The position numbers and the translations under genes are program-made. The notes beneath the pieces were generated by a model. The model searched no databases and had not been told where the DNA came from. It worked only from the letters and a program-made list of their open reading frames with translations. Of a stretch of DNA of 64,000 bases, positions 40,857 to 51,305 are shown piece after piece. The stretch covers positions 2,713-66,712 of the forward strand of contig CAVOTJ010000002.1 of NCBI GenBank assembly GCA_963699115.1, in the 5' to 3' direction. Each line of letters starts with the position of its first letter. The first letter of the stretch is position 1. Source of the stretch: an uncultured Solirubrobacteraceae bacterium (lineage in GTDB: Bacteria > Actinomycetota > Thermoleophilia > Solirubrobacterales > Solirubrobacteraceae).

Positions 40857-41251
40857 GTCCCAGCTTGAGCTTGTAGGCGAAGATATGCACCTGACGTCCA
40901 GCAGCGTAGCATCCCTGCTGGACGACGAGCGAGCCTCCCGCAACATCCCAATCTGGCTCCAGCGAGCCAAACCGCGCCGGAACCGCCAGCTTCGTCCGCT
41001 CGTGCCGCATCCTGCATCTGGATGTACACAAGGACGGGTGCAGGCGTACAAACAAACGTCCCAGCCCGTACACAAAGACGGGCTACCAGCGAAGCACATT
41101 TGGCTCTAGAAAGCCAAAAAGCCCCAATCCGCTGTACGCTAGGACCGCGCCGGCTGTACAAACGAGTGCGGCAAGAGCCTCAAATCTGGCTCTGGATGGT
41201 TATTGAAAACTGTCGCTCTTCCGTTCTCATTTCGGCGCGGGTTGGAAAGCG

Positions 41252-41695
41252 ATGGACGCCAAAGTCGACGTAATCACGCTTGCTGTTACAGACCTCGAGC
41301 AATCGCTCGCCTTCTATAGGGATGGCCTCGGATTGCAGACGAGCGGCGTGATCGGCACCGAGTGGGAGGGCGATGAGGTCGAGCCGGCCGGTGCGACCGT
41401 GATGTTCGAGCTTCGTGGCGGGCTGATCATGTGCCTGTATCCCCGCAGCGAGCTGGCGAAGGACGCCAACGTTTCGTTCGGCCCGCCGAAGGCCGGCGAG
41501 TTCAGCATCGGCCAGCTGGTGTCGAGTAGGGCCGAGGTCGATGCAGTCCTCGCGCAAGCCCAAGCCGCTGGTGCAACGCTTACCGACCGGCCGCACGACC
41601 GTCCGTGGGGAATCTACTCCGGCTACTTTCGCGATCCTGACGGACATCTGTGGGAGGTCATCTGGAACCCGCGGTTCGTCAGTCCCGGGAACTGA
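41252..41695 (+). CDS. VOC/glyoxalase family protein
   Basis: ITLAVTDLEQSLAFYRDGLG...WGIYSGYFRDPDGHLWEV. Confidence 0.92.
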   Translation: MDAKVDVITLAVTDLEQSLAFYRDGLGLQTSGVIGTEWEGDEVEPAGATVMFELRGGLIMCLYPRSELAKDANVSFGPPKAGEFSIGQLVSSRAEVDAVLAQAQAAGATLTDRPHDRPWGIYSGYFRDPDGHLWEVIWNPRFVSPGN

Positions 41696-42020
41696 AGGAC
41701 CCCCCTCCCATCCCTAGAACACCCGCATCAACAGCCCGCCTCCCGGCAGCTGCCCCTCGACGAGCGAAACCACCACATAGACAGCAAGCGCCGCGAACAA
41801 CACCAGCTTGATCGTCTGCCGCGCTGTCCAGAAGAACAGCTCCCGCTCGGCCCTGCGGACCTCGATCGGCGCACGGGCTCTATGGGGCAATCCCACAGCA
41901 ACACCCTTCGCTCGTGCACCCGCCCATGGCTCCTTCTACTCTCCGCAATCGTCCCTGCCGATGGCATGACTTTCCCCCAACGGGTGCAGATTTTGGAAGA
42001 GATGTTTCTGTCTCAGACAG

Positions 42021-42539
42021 TCAGCTGCTTTCCACCTGAGCGAGCGCCACCTGCAGCGAGTGTTGGCTCTGTGGCCCACGCAGGACCTTGCTGATGCGAC
42101 CGTGGGTGTCGATTACGAACGTGGTTGGCAGACCCGCAAGGCGGTAGGCGTTGCCGACCGTCCCTTCCGCGTCGCGGACAGTCGGGAACGTCCACGCATA
42201 GTGCTTGATGAATCCGAGCGCCCCCGACTTGGCATCGCTCCAGTCGACACCCACGATCCTGCCCCGCCCCACGGCACTCTGCGAGAAGCGCTCGAGCGTA
42301 GGTGCCTCCTTTGCGCACGGGTCACACCAGCTGGCCCAGAACACAACCAACGCCGGTCGACCGCCCGCGCTGGCCAAGAGGCTCGACAGCGTCACCGGCG
42401 TCCCGGTGAGACGTTCACGCGGCAACGCCGGCGCGAGACGCCCGGTGGAGGAAGTCGACGCCAGGCCGAACACCGCAAGCACCGCTGCGACGGCGACGAT
42501 CGCAATCGTCAAAGCGAGCAGTCGCAGCCGCCGTGTCAT
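42021..42539 (-). CDS. TlpA-family thiol-disulfide oxidoreductase
   Basis: FWASWCDPC, GLPTTFVID. Confidence 0.9.
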   Translation of the reverse strand: MTRRLRLLALTIAIVAVAAVLAVFGLASTSSTGRLAPALPRERLTGTPVTLSSLLASAGGRPALVVFWASWCDPCAKEAPTLERFSQSAVGRGRIVGVDWSDAKSGALGFIKHYAWTFPTVRDAEGTVGNAYRLAGLPTTFVIDTHGRISKVLRGPQSQHSLQVALAQVESS

Positions 42540-42550
42540 CGTCGGGACAC

Positions 42551-43207
42551 TCAGCGAGTGGCCAGCAGCGGCACGTCGTGGGCGATTTCTGAGGGCTGGA
42601 AGCTCGACGCGTACAGCGTCAGGCGCTCGCCCGAGCCGGTGACCCCATACACGAGCCCCGTGTGGTTGATGAACTGGGGCTGCTGAGCGTCGCGTTCTGA
42701 GCCCACCCCCCACGCCTTCCACACGCGCGCCAGTTCTTTGGCGCTACCGATCAGGTACTGCATCCGACCGGTCATCTCATGACGGGCGAGAAACGCCGCC
42801 ACCGCCTTCGGCGTGTCCCCGCGAGGGTCGACAGACACGGCGATGATCTGCACTTTGGAGGCCGTCTTCGGCCCCATCAGGTTCAGCGCCACACGCAGGT
42901 TGGAGGTGATCAGCGGGCAGATGTCCGGGCAGTTGGTGTACAGGAACGTCACCAACACCGCCTTGCCCTTGTAGGAGGCGATGTTTACCGGCTGGCCCAG
43001 GTAGTTGCGCAGCGCAAGCGGCGGCGCCTGTTTGGCCGGCTGCAGCAGCGCCGCGGCCTCAAAATCCTGGGAGAGCGCCTGCGAGCGCTTGGCCTGCGCG
43101 CCTGATGAGCCGCCGATTGCCACCACCGCGACCACTCCGGCGACCACCACGAGCACCAGCAGCGACAAAAGCACCCGCAGATCCAGTCCGTTCTTGCGCA
43201 TACGCAA
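42551..43207 (-). CDS. SCO1/SenC family protein
   Basis: FLYTNCPDICP, SVDPRGDTP, conserved His. Confidence 0.92.
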   Translation of the reverse strand: MRMRKNGLDLRVLLSLLVLVVVAGVVAVVAIGGSSGAQAKRSQALSQDFEAAALLQPAKQAPPLALRNYLGQPVNIASYKGKAVLVTFLYTNCPDICPLITSNLRVALNLMGPKTASKVQIIAVSVDPRGDTPKAVAAFLARHEMTGRMQYLIGSAKELARVWKAWGVGSERDAQQPQFINHTGLVYGVTGSGERLTLYASSFQPSEIAHDVPLLATR

Positions 43208-43318
43208 GCGAACTTATCAGTGCGAGCACTGACGCGGAGGCACTTGCGTCGGCAAGAAAGCTTGCAGACCTTCCCCTGGGATGCATATTGCAAACAGATG
43301 TGTTACGTTGCCGCCGTT

Positions 43319-43455
43319 CGTGCCGAGTCCTGCACCCCAAGGGGTTCAGGAGCGGGGGACCCAGTGCAGCCGAGAAAAGGCTGCTGGGGCGAATCGCCAC
43401 ACAGTGTGGCGTAGCGTAGACGTTTACGCGAGCCCGTCAGCTAACCCCGTAGGCG
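43319..43455 (+). promoter_or_regulatory. c-di-AMP (ydaO/yuaA) riboswitch
   Basis: GCCGAGTCC...GGAGCGGGGGACCCA...TGGGGCGAATC...GAGCCCGTCAGCTAACCCCGTAGGC matches the consensus; upstream of a cell-wall hydrolase. Confidence 0.92.
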
Positions 43456-43486
43456 CCATGCAAAGAAATTGAAAGGACGCTTTCGG

Positions 43487-45292
43487 ATGCCCGGATCCTC
43501 GCGCGATCTCGCAGTTCTCGACCACTGGAGTGAATCTCTCGAGCGCTCGCGTGCGCGCCGGGCCAAGGCAAATGGGCGTGCGCGTCGCGGCGCCCACGCA
43601 AGCGCAAGCGCCTCGCTGTCGGCGCTGCTGGACCCCCACCGTCAGCTTCAGCACGTCCGTGACCTCGCCGAGGATGAGCCCTGGCAGCTCTCGCTGGGAC
43701 GCTCGCGTGCTCGTAGGCGCGCCGTACAGCTGCGCTTCGTGCCCACCACCTCGCGCGCCAAGCGCGTCTCGCTGGGGGCGCTCGTGGCGTTGAGTGTGGG
43801 ACCGACCGCCAGCCTTGCAAGCGCTGGCTCCACCAGCAGCGCGTCTGCCGCCACCGGGCCGGCAACCACCACCGAACACACCATCGTGCTCAGCGAAGGC
43901 AGCGAAGGCAGGCAAGTGAAGCTCCTGCAGCAGGCGCTTGGGATCAAAGCCGACGGCGTGTTCGGCCCGGAAACGGAAACAGCGGTGCGCAGCTTCCAGG
44001 CAAGCAGAGGACTGACCGTCGACGGCATCGTGGGAGCGCAGACGAGTGCCGCGCTGCGTACCCAGAGCGCCGGCAACGCGTTCATCGCCGACGTCAGCAC
44101 CACGCTGCCAGGGACCGTCTCGATACCCGCACCTGCCGCCATCTCGACAGCCACAACGACCTCCAGCTCTACTGAAAGCAGCCAGGGCGTCGCCCCCACC
44201 GTGAGCGCCACCACCGGCGGCTCCGAAGCCGCAGCTGAAATCGAACCGGCGGAAGCTGAAGCAGAAGCGAAGATCGTAACGGCCGAAGAACAGGCCAAGG
44301 AAAAAGCAGAACAGGCCAAGGAAAAGCAAGCCCAAGAAGCGGAAGTAGGCGCGGTCAAGCAGCTGCAGAGTGCGCTGCACGTGACCGCCGACGGTAACTT
44401 CGGCCCTGAAACAGAGGCCGCCGTGCGTCGCCTGCAGGCACGCCACGGCCTGTCCGTCGACGGCGTCGTCGGGCCGGCCACCTGGAGCGTGATCGGCGTG
44501 CAGGGCAAAGAAACCATCACCCCCCCGGCCTCCGCTCTGCCCAAGCCGGTGAGCCATCACCACGTCACCGCAATCGCCGCCACGAGCAACGTCGGCCTCC
44601 CATCCGGTAGCGGCGGCACTACAGAAGACGCAACCTCAGCAGCACCCACAGAAACCGCCGAAGGCGCAACCGCGGTCGAGTGGCTGCAGAAGGCGCTGAA
44701 GCTCCCCGCTGACGGCGAATTCGGCCCTGAAACAGAGGCTGCCGTGCGTCGCCTGCAGGCTCGCCACGGCCTCACCGTGGACGGCGTCGTCGGGCCCTCC
44801 ACGTGGGCACTGATCGGCGTGCAGAACGCCGCCACGCTCACCCCTCCACCCTCCGCGCTCGTCGCGCCCAGCTCCCCCGCTGGCGGCTCGAGCACGGACG
44901 CCTCCGCCAACCCAGGCGCCGGCGGAGGCGAAGCGGAAGCGATCATCGCCCGGGTGATCGCAGCCGCTGATGAAATCGCCACACGACCATATGTGTGGGG
45001 CGGCGGGCACGGCTCGTTCGAGTCCTACGGCTATGACTGCTCCGGCTCGGTCTCCTACGCGCTGCACGGTGGTGGCCTGCTCAGCTCACCCGAGGACTCC
45101 ACAGGACTCGAGTCCTACGGTGAACCGGGACCGGGCAAGTACATCACCATCTACGCCAACGCCGAACACGCGTGGATGACCATCGACGGCAAACGCTTCG
45201 ACACCGTCGCGCTTGCCGAAGATGGCTCGCGCTGGGGCGGACCGTCGGATGACGGCGGCGGCTTCATCGAACGTCACCCCGACGGGCTGTAG
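43487..45292 (+). CDS. Peptidoglycan-binding (3 x PG_binding_1) NlpC/P60-like hydrolase
   Basis: Three DG.FGPETE.AV...Q...GL.VDG.VG..T repeats; [13 protein letters not shown]. Confidence 0.92.
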   Translation: MPGSSRDLAVLDHWSESLERSRARRAKANGRARRGAHASASASLSALLDPHRQLQHVRDLAEDEPWQLSLGRSRARRRAVQLRFVPTTSRAKRVSLGALVALSVGPTASLASAGSTSSASAATGPATTTEHTIVLSEGSEGRQVKLLQQALGIKADGVFGPETETAVRSFQASRGLTVDGIVGAQTSAALRTQSAGNAFIADVSTTLPGTVSIPAPAAISTATTTSSSTESSQGVAPTVSATTGGSEAAAEIEPAEAEAEAKIVTAEEQAKEKAEQAKEKQAQEAEVGAVKQLQSALHVTADGNFGPETEAAVRRLQARHGLSVDGVVGPATWSVIGVQGKETITPPASALPKPVSHHHVTAIAATSNVGLPSGSGGTTEDATSAAPTETAEGATAVEWLQKALKLPADGEFGPETEAAVRRLQARHGLTVDGVVGPSTWALIGVQNAATLTPPPSALVAPSSPAGGSSTDASANPGAGGGEAEAIIARVIAAADEIATRPYVWGGGHGSFESYGYDCSGSVSYALHGGGLLSSPEDSTGLESYGEPGPGKYITIYANAEHAWMTIDGKRFDTVALAEDGSRWGGPSDDGGGFIERHPDGL

Positions 45293-45442
45293 GCGTTTGT
45301 AGCTGTTCGGGACGTGCATGCACGTCCCGTGTAGGGCCGCATGCGGCCCTACAGGACATGCCGCATGCGGCATGTCCTCCGGTGGGCGCATGCGCCCACC
45401 GGCGCCTGCGCACATGTGCGCAGGCGTACGCATACAAACGCC
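45292..45442. repeat. Array of five abutting CATG-centred perfect palindromes inside a 10-bp closing stem
   Basis: 45308-45329, 45330-45353, 45354-45377, 45379-45402, 45403-45426; outer stem GGCGTTTGTA (45292-45301) / TACAAACGCC (45433-45442). Confidence 0.95.
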
Positions 45443-45531
45443 AACGAGCATGCCCAATCGAGCGTTTCGTCCCAAGCGCCGCCTAGCTTGCTCCTCCCCG
45501 TTCCCCAACAACGGCGAGAGGAGGCGCGGCG

Positions 45532-47085
45532 ATGCTCGCACGCGCGCACACGTTCACGATCGAGGGCCTGCATGCACGGCGTGTCACCGTCGAGGTGGAC
45601 GTGCGCCGCGGCCTGCCGGGATTTGCGATCGTTGGCCTCGCCGACGCGGCCGTGCGCGAGGCGCGTGAGCGCATCAACGCGGCGATCCTCAATTCGGGCT
45701 ATGAGTTTCCCGCGAGGCGCATCGTCGCGAACCTTGCGCCTGGTGATGTGAGGAAGGCGGGCCCAGGGCTTGACCTTGCGCTCGCGTGCGCTGTGCTCGG
45801 CGCGAGCGGGCAGCTGGCGCCGGAGGCTCTCGAGCGGGTTGTGCTGTTCGGAGAGCTGGCGTTGGACGGTGCGGTGCGGGCCTCCCGTGGAACGCTCGCC
45901 GTGGCGCAGGCCACACAGCGAGCTGGCGTGCCCAGGCTCGTTCTCGCGTGCGCGCGCGCCCGCGAGGCTGCTCTCATCGACGGCCTGGAGGTGGTTGGCG
46001 TGGAGCATCTGGGCAGCGCCGTGCGCGTGCTTGGCGGCGGAGCAGGCGACGCGTTGCCGGACGAGCCTGCAGATGCACACGCGGTCAAGCAAAGCTCAGC
46101 TGGCACGCTCGCGCCAGATTTCCCCGCGGTGGACCTGAGCGAAGTCAAGGGTCAGCGCCACGCTGTGAGGACGCTCGTCATCGCTGCCGCCGGGGCCCAC
46201 AACCTGTTGCTGAGCGGACCCCCGGGGACAGGCAAGACGATGCTCGCCGGACGGCTGCCCTCGATCCTGCCGGCGCTCTCAAGGACGGAGGCGATCGACG
46301 TAACCCGCATCCACAGCCTGACTGGCTCAGGCGTGCACGCGCTGGCCGCGCGCCGCCCTTTTCGTGCGCCCCATCACTCGATCACCGCCGCCGGCCTGCT
46401 CGGCGGGGCGAGGCTGGGGTCGGTCGGCGAGGTGGTGCTGGCACATCATGGCGTTCTGTTTCTGGATGAGCTCTCCGAGTTCACCCGCCCGACGCTCGAG
46501 GCGCTGCGTCAGCCGCTGGAGGATGGTCGTGTGGCGATCGCCAGGGCACACCACTCAGCCGTCTACCCCGCCCGCTTCATGCTCGTGGCCGCCACCAACC
46601 CGTGTCCGTGTGGCCACGCTGGCGATGGTGATCGCTGTGACTGCAGCGAAGCGGACATGGCACGCCATCGCAGACGGTTGAGTGGCCCGCTGCTCGATCG
46701 CATCGATCTGCTGGTAAACCTCCAGCGGGACACCTCCCACGACGTTGACGCCGAGCCGCTGCTCAGCTCCGCCCAGGCGCGAGAGCAGGTCGCAAGCGCG
46801 CGCGAGCGCCAGGCGCACAGGCTCTCGCGGGAGGGCGTGCTGGTGAACGCCCACATGGACGCGCGCATGCTGGCGCTTCATGTGCGCCTGGACGAGCGCT
46901 GCCAGCGCATGCTCGTTGCAGCCCGCCACGCCGGCCTGTTGAGCGCTCGCGGCGAGCACAGAGTCCTGCGCGTGGCGCGCACGATCGCCGACCTCGACGA
47001 CAGCGATCGCGTTCGTGCCGCTGATGTGGGCGCCGCGCTGGCGCTACGCCCTGACGTGGTTCTCGCGGGCAGCCGCGTGGCATGA
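45532..47085 (+). CDS. comM: YifB/ComM Mg-chelatase-like ATPase
   Basis: IVGLADAAVREARER, GPPGTGKT, FRAPHH, GVLFLDE, LSGPLLDRID. Confidence 0.93.
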   Translation: MLARAHTFTIEGLHARRVTVEVDVRRGLPGFAIVGLADAAVREARERINAAILNSGYEFPARRIVANLAPGDVRKAGPGLDLALACAVLGASGQLAPEALERVVLFGELALDGAVRASRGTLAVAQATQRAGVPRLVLACARAREAALIDGLEVVGVEHLGSAVRVLGGGAGDALPDEPADAHAVKQSSAGTLAPDFPAVDLSEVKGQRHAVRTLVIAAAGAHNLLLSGPPGTGKTMLAGRLPSILPALSRTEAIDVTRIHSLTGSGVHALAARRPFRAPHHSITAAGLLGGARLGSVGEVVLAHHGVLFLDELSEFTRPTLEALRQPLEDGRVAIARAHHSAVYPARFMLVAATNPCPCGHAGDGDRCDCSEADMARHRRRLSGPLLDRIDLLVNLQRDTSHDVDAEPLLSSAQAREQVASARERQAHRLSREGVLVNAHMDARMLALHVRLDERCQRMLVAARHAGLLSARGEHRVLRVARTIADLDDSDRVRAADVGAALALRPDVVLAGSRVA

Positions 47086-48227
47086 GCTCTAGCGCGCCAA
47101 CCTGCGGGACCTCGCGCCGAGCATGCGTGAGCTGCCTGAGGCGCAGCTGGCTGCTGGGAGAGCTGAGCGGGCCGCTGGACTACCGCGCACGCGACCGTCA
47201 ACGGCTGATGGAGCTGCTCGAGCTCGCAGACGACGAGCTGCTGGGAGCCGTTGCCGGCAGACGTGCCGCTGAGCTGAGAGACCGCTACCGGCGCTTCGGG
47301 GCCGGCCCGTCTCCCCCCGTAGGGCATACGGACAGCTGCCGCCATCGACGTGGCTACCCACCGGCGTTGAGCGGCGCGTGGGCGCCCCATATGCTCGAGG
47401 TGGCCGGCGGTGCGCAGCGACTGGCGAAGCTCACCACAGCACCCGTGGTCGCGATCGTCGGCAGCAGGACACCAAGTGACTACGGCATGGAGATCGCCAG
47501 GAGCCTCGCCCGGGGGCTTGCCGCGAGCGGCGTGACGGTAAGCGCCTGTCTGACCGACGGGATCTCCGTGGCCGCGCACGCAGGCGCACTCGATGCACAC
47601 GGCGCGAGCATTGCAGTGATGCACGGCGGCCTGGGCGTGGCCTGCCCTGCCCGCAGACGCTCGCTGTATGAGCGAGTCACACACGCCGGATGCGCCGTAT
47701 CCGAGCTGCCCCGCCATTGCAGCGGGCGACGCTGGGGACAGCTCGCTGCCGAACGGATCGTCGTGGGGCTCGCCCAGCTGACGGTGCTCGTGGAGGCCGA
47801 TGACACGCCAGGCGAGCTCGCGGCAGCACGCATGGCCCGGATGCTGGACCGCACTCTCGGTGTGATCCCCGGTCGGGTCAGCTCTCCCCTCTCCACCGGC
47901 CCTCACGCGTTGCTGCGAGACGGAGCGGAGCTGATCCGCGGGCCACACGAGGTGCTCGAGCTGCTCCACCCGCAGGAGGGCCACTCGCCCGGGACGCAGC
48001 CATTGCAACCGCCCGCGGACGACACCGCTACCACCAACTTGCCTCGCGAGCTGCGTGAGACGCTGGCGCACGTCGGCAGCGGCTGCGACACACCCGAGAA
48101 GCTCATGCGCGCGGGCGCCGACCCAGAGGGCGTGCTGCTGGCACTGAGCGAGCTGGAGCTGTTGGGGCTGCTCGGGCGCGGCGACGGCGGGCGCTACCTC
48201 CCACGCCAGCCGCTGGCAGGACTTTGA
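47082..48227 (+). CDS. dprA: DNA-processing protein DprA (divergent)
   Basis: VAIVGSR..SDYG, AAHAGAL, VVEA-like LVEA, IPGRV; coupled to comM. Confidence 0.85.
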   Translation: MSSSAPTCGTSRRACVSCLRRSWLLGELSGPLDYRARDRQRLMELLELADDELLGAVAGRRAAELRDRYRRFGAGPSPPVGHTDSCRHRRGYPPALSGAWAPHMLEVAGGAQRLAKLTTAPVVAIVGSRTPSDYGMEIARSLARGLAASGVTVSACLTDGISVAAHAGALDAHGASIAVMHGGLGVACPARRRSLYERVTHAGCAVSELPRHCSGRRWGQLAAERIVVGLAQLTVLVEADDTPGELAAARMARMLDRTLGVIPGRVSSPLSTGPHALLRDGAELIRGPHEVLELLHPQEGHSPGTQPLQPPADDTATTNLPRELRETLAHVGSGCDTPEKLMRAGADPEGVLLALSELELLGLLGRGDGGRYLPRQPLAGL

Positions 48228-48333
48228 TAATTGAAAGTCAGTCGTCTATTAGAGACAACTCATTCTCAAGGACCCAGCAAAGGTAGTCGACTCTTTGCGC
48301 TGAGATGATGGATCAGCTCACAGCCCGGGAGGG

Positions 48334-49911
48334 ATGATGCCGGTATCGCAGTCGCCCAGCTCGACGATCGTGCTGGCCCGCTGGATCGTACGAATGTGCG
48401 AGGTGTTCGAGCAGGAACGAGCGCGCATCGAGCAGGAGCTCACGCGCCGCCAGGAGGAGCTGTCGTTCATAGCCACCCACGACCAGCTCACAGGACTCCC
48501 CAACCGCACACTGATCCTCGACCGCGGCGAGCAGATGCTGGGGCGCGCCCGGCGCCTACGGACACCGGTGGCTGCCCTGCTCCTCGACATTGACAACTTC
48601 ACCACCATCAACGACACGCTGGGACAGGCCGCAGGCGACGAGCTGCTGCAGGCAATCGCAGCACGGCTCAACGGCGTCGTACGCGACATCGACGCGCTCG
48701 GGCGCATCAGCGGCGACAGGTTCGTGGTGCTCGCCGAAGAGGTCTCAAGCGGCGCCGAGGCGGAAGTGATCGCCGAACGTCTGCAACAAGCGCTCAAGGC
48801 ACCGTTCACGCTCGCACACAGCCACCACACAGGCCTCACCGTGACGGCCAGCATCGGCGCCGTCACCGGTAAGCGCGCCTCCGTAGAGGATCTGCTGCGC
48901 GACGCGGACATCGCCATGCACCGCGCCAAGCACGACGGCAAGAACCGTCACGTCCTGTTCGAGGCAGGCATGCACGACGTGATCCAAAGCCGCATGGAAC
49001 TGGAGATGGACCTGCACACAGCACTGGAGAACGACGAGTTCTTCCTGCTGTATCAGCCCACATTCAACCTCACAGGCATGGTGCCCAACGGCTTCGAGGC
49101 GCTCCTGCGCTGGAACCGCCCCGGTAAGGGAGTGGTGCAGCCGATCGATTTCATCCCACTGCTGGAGGAGACCGGCCTGATCGTGCCCGTCGGCAAGTGG
49201 GTGCTCGGCGAGGCCTGCCGCCAGGGCGCACAATGGCGCAAGGACGGTAGCGAGATCGGGATCGCCGTCAACGTGTCAGCGCGCCAGCTGGAGAGCGACC
49301 AGTTCATCGCCGACGTTCGCGACATGCTGCGCAGCAGCGGTCTGGAGGCAGCGGCGCTAACGCTCGAGATCACAGAGACCGCCCTGATGCGCGACCCCGA
49401 CGAGACCGCGCGACGCCTGCGCGCGATCAAGGACCTCGGCGTGCGCATCGCGATCGACGACTTCGGCACCGGCTACTCCTCCTTCGCCCATCTGCAGCGC
49501 TTTCCCGTGGACGCGCTGAAGATCGACCGCTCGTTCATCTTCCAGCTCGCCGAAGACCCCGAAGGCGAGGCGCTACTGCGCACGCTCGTGAAGCTCGGCA
49601 AGGCCCTGTGCATGGAGACGGTCGCGGAGGGCATCGAGCTGCAGCACCAGCTGTCACTGCTACGCGAAGAGGCCTGCGACAGCGGCCAGGGTTACCTGTT
49701 CGCCCGGCCGCTGAGCGTCGAAGACGCGCACGCGCTGCTGCTCAACTGGCAGCCAGGGGACATCCCAGACGTCGATGAGCCCAAGGCCGGATCTCCCGCA
49801 GAGCCTGCGACGCGCAAGCTCGTCCGACCTCGTGGTGAGGGACCCAGCACTAATCACGGCCGTTCGTCTAGTCCGAGGCGCGACCCCGCTCGGCGCGCTG
49901 TTCGGCCCTGA
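48334..49911 (+). CDS. GGDEF-EAL protein (degenerate SGDRF, intact EAL; likely c-di-GMP phosphodiesterase)
   Basis: HDQLTGLPNR, SGDRF, FEALLRW, DDFGTGYSS, LKIDRSF. Confidence 0.93.
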   Translation: MMPVSQSPSSTIVLARWIVRMCEVFEQERARIEQELTRRQEELSFIATHDQLTGLPNRTLILDRGEQMLGRARRLRTPVAALLLDIDNFTTINDTLGQAAGDELLQAIAARLNGVVRDIDALGRISGDRFVVLAEEVSSGAEAEVIAERLQQALKAPFTLAHSHHTGLTVTASIGAVTGKRASVEDLLRDADIAMHRAKHDGKNRHVLFEAGMHDVIQSRMELEMDLHTALENDEFFLLYQPTFNLTGMVPNGFEALLRWNRPGKGVVQPIDFIPLLEETGLIVPVGKWVLGEACRQGAQWRKDGSEIGIAVNVSARQLESDQFIADVRDMLRSSGLEAAALTLEITETALMRDPDETARRLRAIKDLGVRIAIDDFGTGYSSFAHLQRFPVDALKIDRSFIFQLAEDPEGEALLRTLVKLGKALCMETVAEGIELQHQLSLLREEACDSGQGYLFARPLSVEDAHALLLNWQPGDIPDVDEPKAGSPAEPATRKLVRPRGEGPSTNHGRSSSPRRDPARRAVRP

Positions 49912-50015
49912 TCACGAACGCTGACGCCCGCATGCCGAGCCTTCAGCAGGCACCATCAGCAGCTCATAGCGTGGTTTCACCCCACGACCAGATTCCTGCG
50001 CCAGCCCAGGAACGG

Positions 50016-51272
50016 CTAAGCGGCGCGCAGTAGGTCGCGATCCATGAGCATCTGCCGAGCAGACTCGTAGTGACGAATCATGTCGGGCTTGAAGTTCTCA
50101 ACCGTCCTCGTGAGCAGCTCGGCGCCCGCCTCGTGCTCCCCGCGCAGCACCAGCAAGTCCCCTTCCGCCATCCCGCGCGATCGCCGGTCTCGGGTTGTGT
50201 CGCGCCGCAACGGCAGCGAGCGTTGCAGCAGTTCTGCCGCCTCCTGTCTGGCGCCGGCGCTCGGCCGTATGCGCCGCTCGAGCGCGGCTCGATGCAGGTA
50301 GCTGGCGCAGTCGCCCGGGAAACCATCGACGAACTTGTCGATAAGACTATCGCCCTGCTGGCGGGCGAACTCCGCGAAATTACGACTTGTGAAGCTACCC
50401 TCTCGCTTAACGCTCGAGAGCACGCAGCGCAGCACGCGCATGCTGTCAAGGCCGGTTCCGGTGGGCTCCCCGTCGCCGAGCTCCGGATTCTGGCGTAGCC
50501 GCATGTGCAGTGCGAGCAGCCGGCGGATCGCGTCGTCGGGATCGCCGTCGAGCTCAATTGCCTGTGCGTGTACGCGCGCGGCCCGGATCGCCGCGAGTGA
50601 CCGTGGCGCGCGGCCGAGGCGTCGCCAGCCGGCGATGTCGCCATGAATGACGTTGACGAGTGGCGCCTCCTGAAGCTGCACGAGTGTGGCTGGTACTGGC
50701 TCGGGTCCCGCGATGACCCATTCTCCGACGGGGTGAACGACTACGACCCTGCGATTCTCGCTGTCGCGGCGGTGCTCGGTGACGACCGTGTCTCCGTGCT
50801 CGTCGATCGAGATCGTGATCGGCCACGCGCAGATCCGATCCACCACGCACGGGCATATCATGAGACCCGCGCACATCTCAGAAAGTTCCCGATAACCGGC
50901 GTGGGGCTCGTTCTCGCAGGCAACGAGGACGGTCTCTGAACCAATAGGGCGCTTGCGGACGAGATCGACGAGAAACTCGACCCGACTAGTGATCCGCTCC
51001 CCAAGCGCACAGGTGATTAGGAGCGGCTCAGCGGAACTGACCATGGCAACCACCTGCCCTGGAAGCTCGTCTACGGTCGCAGCGTCCGAGTACCAGTCGA
51101 CGGTCCGGTATTCGAGCCCCCTTTCGGCGTCCGCGAATGACAGTCCGTACTCGCGGGGCTCCTCAACGGTACCTGGCGGCCCGACCACACATACTGAATA
51201 ATGGGCTTGCGTGAGCCGCTCGACTATCAGGCCTAGTCCAAGCCGCCCGGGACCGAAGTGAATACAGAGCAT
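50016..51272 (-). CDS. Mannitol-dehydrogenase-like Rossmann N-terminus fused to an unrelated helical C-terminus
   Basis: IHFGPGRLGLG, LVACEN, CVVDRI; similarity ends near residue 215. Confidence 0.55.
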   Translation of the reverse strand: MLCIHFGPGRLGLGLIVERLTQAHYSVCVVGPPGTVEEPREYGLSFADAERGLEYRTVDWYSDAATVDELPGQVVAMVSSAEPLLITCALGERITSRVEFLVDLVRKRPIGSETVLVACENEPHAGYRELSEMCAGLMICPCVVDRICAWPITISIDEHGDTVVTEHRRDSENRRVVVVHPVGEWVIAGPEPVPATLVQLQEAPLVNVIHGDIAGWRRLGRAPRSLAAIRAARVHAQAIELDGDPDDAIRRLLALHMRLRQNPELGDGEPTGTGLDSMRVLRCVLSSVKREGSFTSRNFAEFARQQGDSLIDKFVDGFPGDCASYLHRAALERRIRPSAGARQEAAELLQRSLPLRRDTTRDRRSRGMAEGDLLVLRGEHEAGAELLTRTVENFKPDMIRHYESARQMLMDRDLLRAA

Positions 51273-51305
51273 CTGGGTGCTGTACGGAGCTTGCGGCAGA
51301 CGCCA

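Larger units (their letters stand above)
31830..41170. mobile_element. Accessory island C downstream of tRNA-Cys (right boundary uncertain)
   Basis: DDE transposase, XRE, third LPESPQHR gene and many lower-GC orphan ORFs; no att repeat found. Confidence 0.5.

Noticed and set aside
43900-44820. DNA repeats within the NlpC/P60 gene
   Set aside because: Explained by three peptidoglycan-binding domains
45308-45426. CRISPR array or simple tandem repeat
   Set aside because: No conserved direct repeat with spacers and no cas genes; units share only symmetry, length and core
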